From: Pacificimonas sp.
Lineage (GTDB): Bacteria > Pseudomonadota > Alphaproteobacteria > Sphingomonadales > Sphingomonadaceae
NCBI GenBank assembly: GCA_049683075.1
Contig: JBAUIQ010000303.1
Coordinates: 1 to 34,817 of the forward strand
Reading direction: 5' to 3'
Length of the DNA stretch: 34,817 nt
Of the stretch, positions 32,382-34,817 are shown piece by piece. Under the pieces are notes generated by a model. The model was not told the DNA's origin, did no database searches, and saw nothing but the letters and a program-made list of their open reading frames with translations. A program made the position numbers and the translations under genes. Each line of letters begins with the position of its first letter. The first letter of the stretch is position 1.

Positions 32382-33095
32382 ATGACTGCTCCCGACATTC
32401 TCGATGGCCGCGCCGATCTCCTGCTGGTGGCCGATCATGCCGGGTCGAGGGTACCGACGGGGGTCGATCTAGGCGTTCCGGCAGCAGAACTGCGCCGCCA
32501 CATCGCCGTCGATATTGGCATAGACCCGCTGACGCGTGCGCTTTCGCGAGAGCTTGACGCGCCTGCTGTCATCGCAACCGTATCCCGCCTCGTCGCCGAC
32601 CCCAATCGAGACCCGAACGAACCGGGCTTTGCGCCCCGCGAAAGCGACGGCGCGATCATAACGGGAAACCAAGTTCTAACGGCTGCTGATCGTCGCGAAA
32701 GAGTGCGGCTCCACGCTGCTTATCATGAAGCGATCGAAGCGGAATTGGACCGACGCCGCGCGCGACTTTTCGTGTCCTTGCACAGTTTTACGGATAAATT
32801 GCGAACGAGCCCGGCAGCGGTCCGGCCCTGGCAGGTCGGTCTTCTCTACAATGAAGACGGGGCGACGGCCGCGCGCGCCATCGACTGGCTTAGACAAAAG
32901 GGCCTAACTGTTGGCGACAATGAGCCCTATTCCGGCGCGCTGACTGGATAGACCGTCATCCGCCACGCAGAGGCGCGCGGGCTCCCCTATCTCTTCATCG
33001 AAGTGCGACAGGACCTGCTGGCCGACGATGCGGGCATAGCGCGCTGGACCGAAACACTTGCGGCGCTCATCCGGCATATTCAGAAGACGCGATGA
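32382..33095 (+). pseudogene. N-formylglutamate amidohydrolase family gene interrupted by an in-frame TAG at 32949-32951
   Basis: Family motifs ADHAG, HIAVDIG, SRLVADPNR, YHEAI, SLHSFT, GDNEPY lie before the stop. The same frame resumes TVIRHAEARGLPYLFIEVRQDLL... (the family C-terminal motif) to TGA 33093-33095. Confidence 0.8.
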
Positions 33096-33114
33096 TACGG
33101 AAGAGAGAGCCTTG

Positions 33115-34817
33115 ATGGTCGACAAATCGAAACTGCCCAGCCGCCACGTTTCGGTCGGGCCGGAGCGCGCGCCGCATCGCAGCTATTACTACGCCATGGG
33201 CCTCACCGAGGAGGAGATTGCACTCCCCTTCGTCGGCATCGCTTCGGCGGGCAATGACAGCGCGCCCTGCAACACACTTTTGAACGATCAGGCGGACGTC
33301 TGCCGCGAGGGTGTAAAAGCCGCCGGCGGCATGCCACGCCGGTTCAACACCATCACTGTCACCGACGGCATCGCTATGGGGCATCAGGGCATGAAGTCCT
33401 CGCTTGCCAGTCGGGAGGTCATTGCTGACAGCGTCGAACTCAGCGTGCGCGGACATTGCTATGACGCGCTCGTGACCTTCGCCGGGTGCGACAAGAGCCT
33501 CCCCGGCATGATGATGGCCATGCTGCGTCTCAACGTGCCCAGCGTGTTCGTCTATGGCGGCTCCATCCTTCCGGGCCGCTACGAAAACCGCGACGTTACC
33601 GTGGTCGACGTGTTTGAGGCCGTCGGCAGCCACGCTGCCGGGAACTGCCCACTAAAGGATCTGACCGCGCTCGAAAAAGTTGCCTGTCCCGGTCACGGCG
33701 CTTGCGGCGGCCAGTTTACCGCGAACACCATGGCCTGCGTTGCCGAAGCCATCGGGCTGAGCCTTCCCAATTCCAACATGGCCCCCGCGCCGCACGAAAG
33801 CCGCGAGGACTACGCCATCGCCGCCGGACGTGCGGTGATGGACATGCTCGAAAAGAATATCCGTCCGCGTGACATTTGTACACGCGAAGCCTTTGAAAAC
33901 GCTGCGCGGATCGTCGCGGCTACGGGTGGATCGACCAACGCCGCTCTCCATCTTCCGGCCATGGCGGCGGAGGCGGGGATCGACTTCGATCTGTTCGATG
34001 TCGCTGAAATTTTCAAGTCAACGCCCTACATCGCAGACCTGAAACCGGGCGGGAAATATGTCGCGAAGGACATGCACGCGGCAGGCGGCATTTACATGGC
34101 CATGAAGACGCTGCTGGCCGGCGGATTTCTGCATGGCGACTGTATGACAGTTACGGGGAAGACACTGGCTGAAAATCTCCATGACATAAGCTGGAACCCG
34201 GATCAGGACGTCATCTACGATGTGAAGACCCCGATCACGCCGACCGGTGGCGTTGTCGGCTTGAAGGGCACGCTCGCCCCTGATGGCGCGATCGTGAAAG
34301 TCGCCGGCATGGAGACACTTCGCTTTGAGGGCACGGCGCGCGTTTTCGATTGCGAGGAAGATGCCTTCGCCGCCGTGGAGGCTCGCGAATATCAGGAGGG
34401 CGACGTTCTCGTCATCCGCTACGAGGGGCCGAAAGGTGGCCCCGGCATGCGTGAGATGCTGTCAACGACAGCGGCGCTCTACGGCCAAGGTATGGGCGAC
34501 AAGGTCGCGCTGATCACCGACGGGCGCTTTTCCGGCGCGACACGCGGCTTCTGCATCGGCCATGTCGGACCGGAGGCCGCGGATGGCGGGCCGATTGCGC
34601 TCGTCGAAAATGGTGACCGCATCGTCATCGACGCAAATACGGGTGTTATCGACCTTGATGTCGACGATGCCACGCTCGCCGAACGCTGCACGAATTGGCA
34701 GCCGCGCCAGAATGACTACCAGTCCGGCGCGCTTTGGAAATATGCACAAGGCGTCGGCCCGGCTCGCACGGGCGCCTGTACGCACCCCGGCGCGAAGGCC
34801 GAAACCCACATTTACGC
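33115..34817 (+). CDS. ilvD: Dihydroxy-acid dehydratase; 3' end lies just beyond the window
   Basis: [95 protein letters not shown]. Frame stays open to the window end, which is why it is absent from the ORF track. Confidence 0.95.
   Translation, partial: MVDKSKLPSRHVSVGPERAPHRSYYYAMGLTEEEIALPFVGIASAGNDSAPCNTLLNDQADVCREGVKAAGGMPRRFNTITVTDGIAMGHQGMKSSLASREVIADSVELSVRGHCYDALVTFAGCDKSLPGMMMAMLRLNVPSVFVYGGSILPGRYENRDVTVVDVFEAVGSHAAGNCPLKDLTALEKVACPGHGACGGQFTANTMACVAEAIGLSLPNSNMAPAPHESREDYAIAAGRAVMDMLEKNIRPRDICTREAFENAARIVAATGGSTNAALHLPAMAAEAGIDFDLFDVAEIFKSTPYIADLKPGGKYVAKDMHAAGGIYMAMKTLLAGGFLHGDCMTVTGKTLAENLHDISWNPDQDVIYDVKTPITPTGGVVGLKGTLAPDGAIVKVAGMETLRFEGTARVFDCEEDAFAAVEAREYQEGDVLVIRYEGPKGGPGMREMLSTTAALYGQGMGDKVALITDGRFSGATRGFCIGHVGPEAADGGPIALVENGDRIVIDANTGVIDLDVDDATLAERCTNWQPRQNDYQSGALWKYAQGVGPARTGACTHPGAKAETHIY

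Noticed and set aside
32949..32951. TAG reassignment or pyrrolysine as the explanation for the internal stop
   Set aside because: TAG ends gltA, comEC, ppiD and pyrG at their expected C-termini, and no pyl genes or suppressor tRNA are visible in the window.

Overview
GC-rich alphaproteobacterial chromosome segment, most likely Sphingomonadales (inferred from gene order and protein style), made almost entirely of core genes. From left to right: the 3' part of an exosortase A (XrtA)/PEP-CTERM exopolysaccharide locus (ATPase, polysaccharide deacetylase, FemAB-like protein, glycosyltransferase, xrtA, amidotransferase); the conserved block gltA-gltX-comEC-lexA-moeA-moaC-trpC-trpD-trpG-trpE-ppiD/surA-tpiA-secG-pyrG; then proS-lolC/E-lolD, an inserted secreted type-B carboxylesterase, dnaE, a small secreted 2-Cys protein, an N-formylglutamate amidohydrolase-family gene interrupted by an in-frame TAG, and ilvD running off the right edge. 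I see no mobile elements, CRISPR arrays, tRNA or rRNA, and no large novel gene system. The most interesting signals are non-coding: (i) a three-hairpin, intrinsically terminated, minus-strand sRNA candidate between pyrG and proS; (ii) a small secreted protein gene whose 3' UTR has two hairpins displaying CUCCC anti-Shine-Dalgarno loops; (iii) apparently leaderless promoters at dnaE, proS, secG and possibly pyrG; (iv) the amber-interrupted hydrolase. All family calls come from motif recognition; no database search was run.
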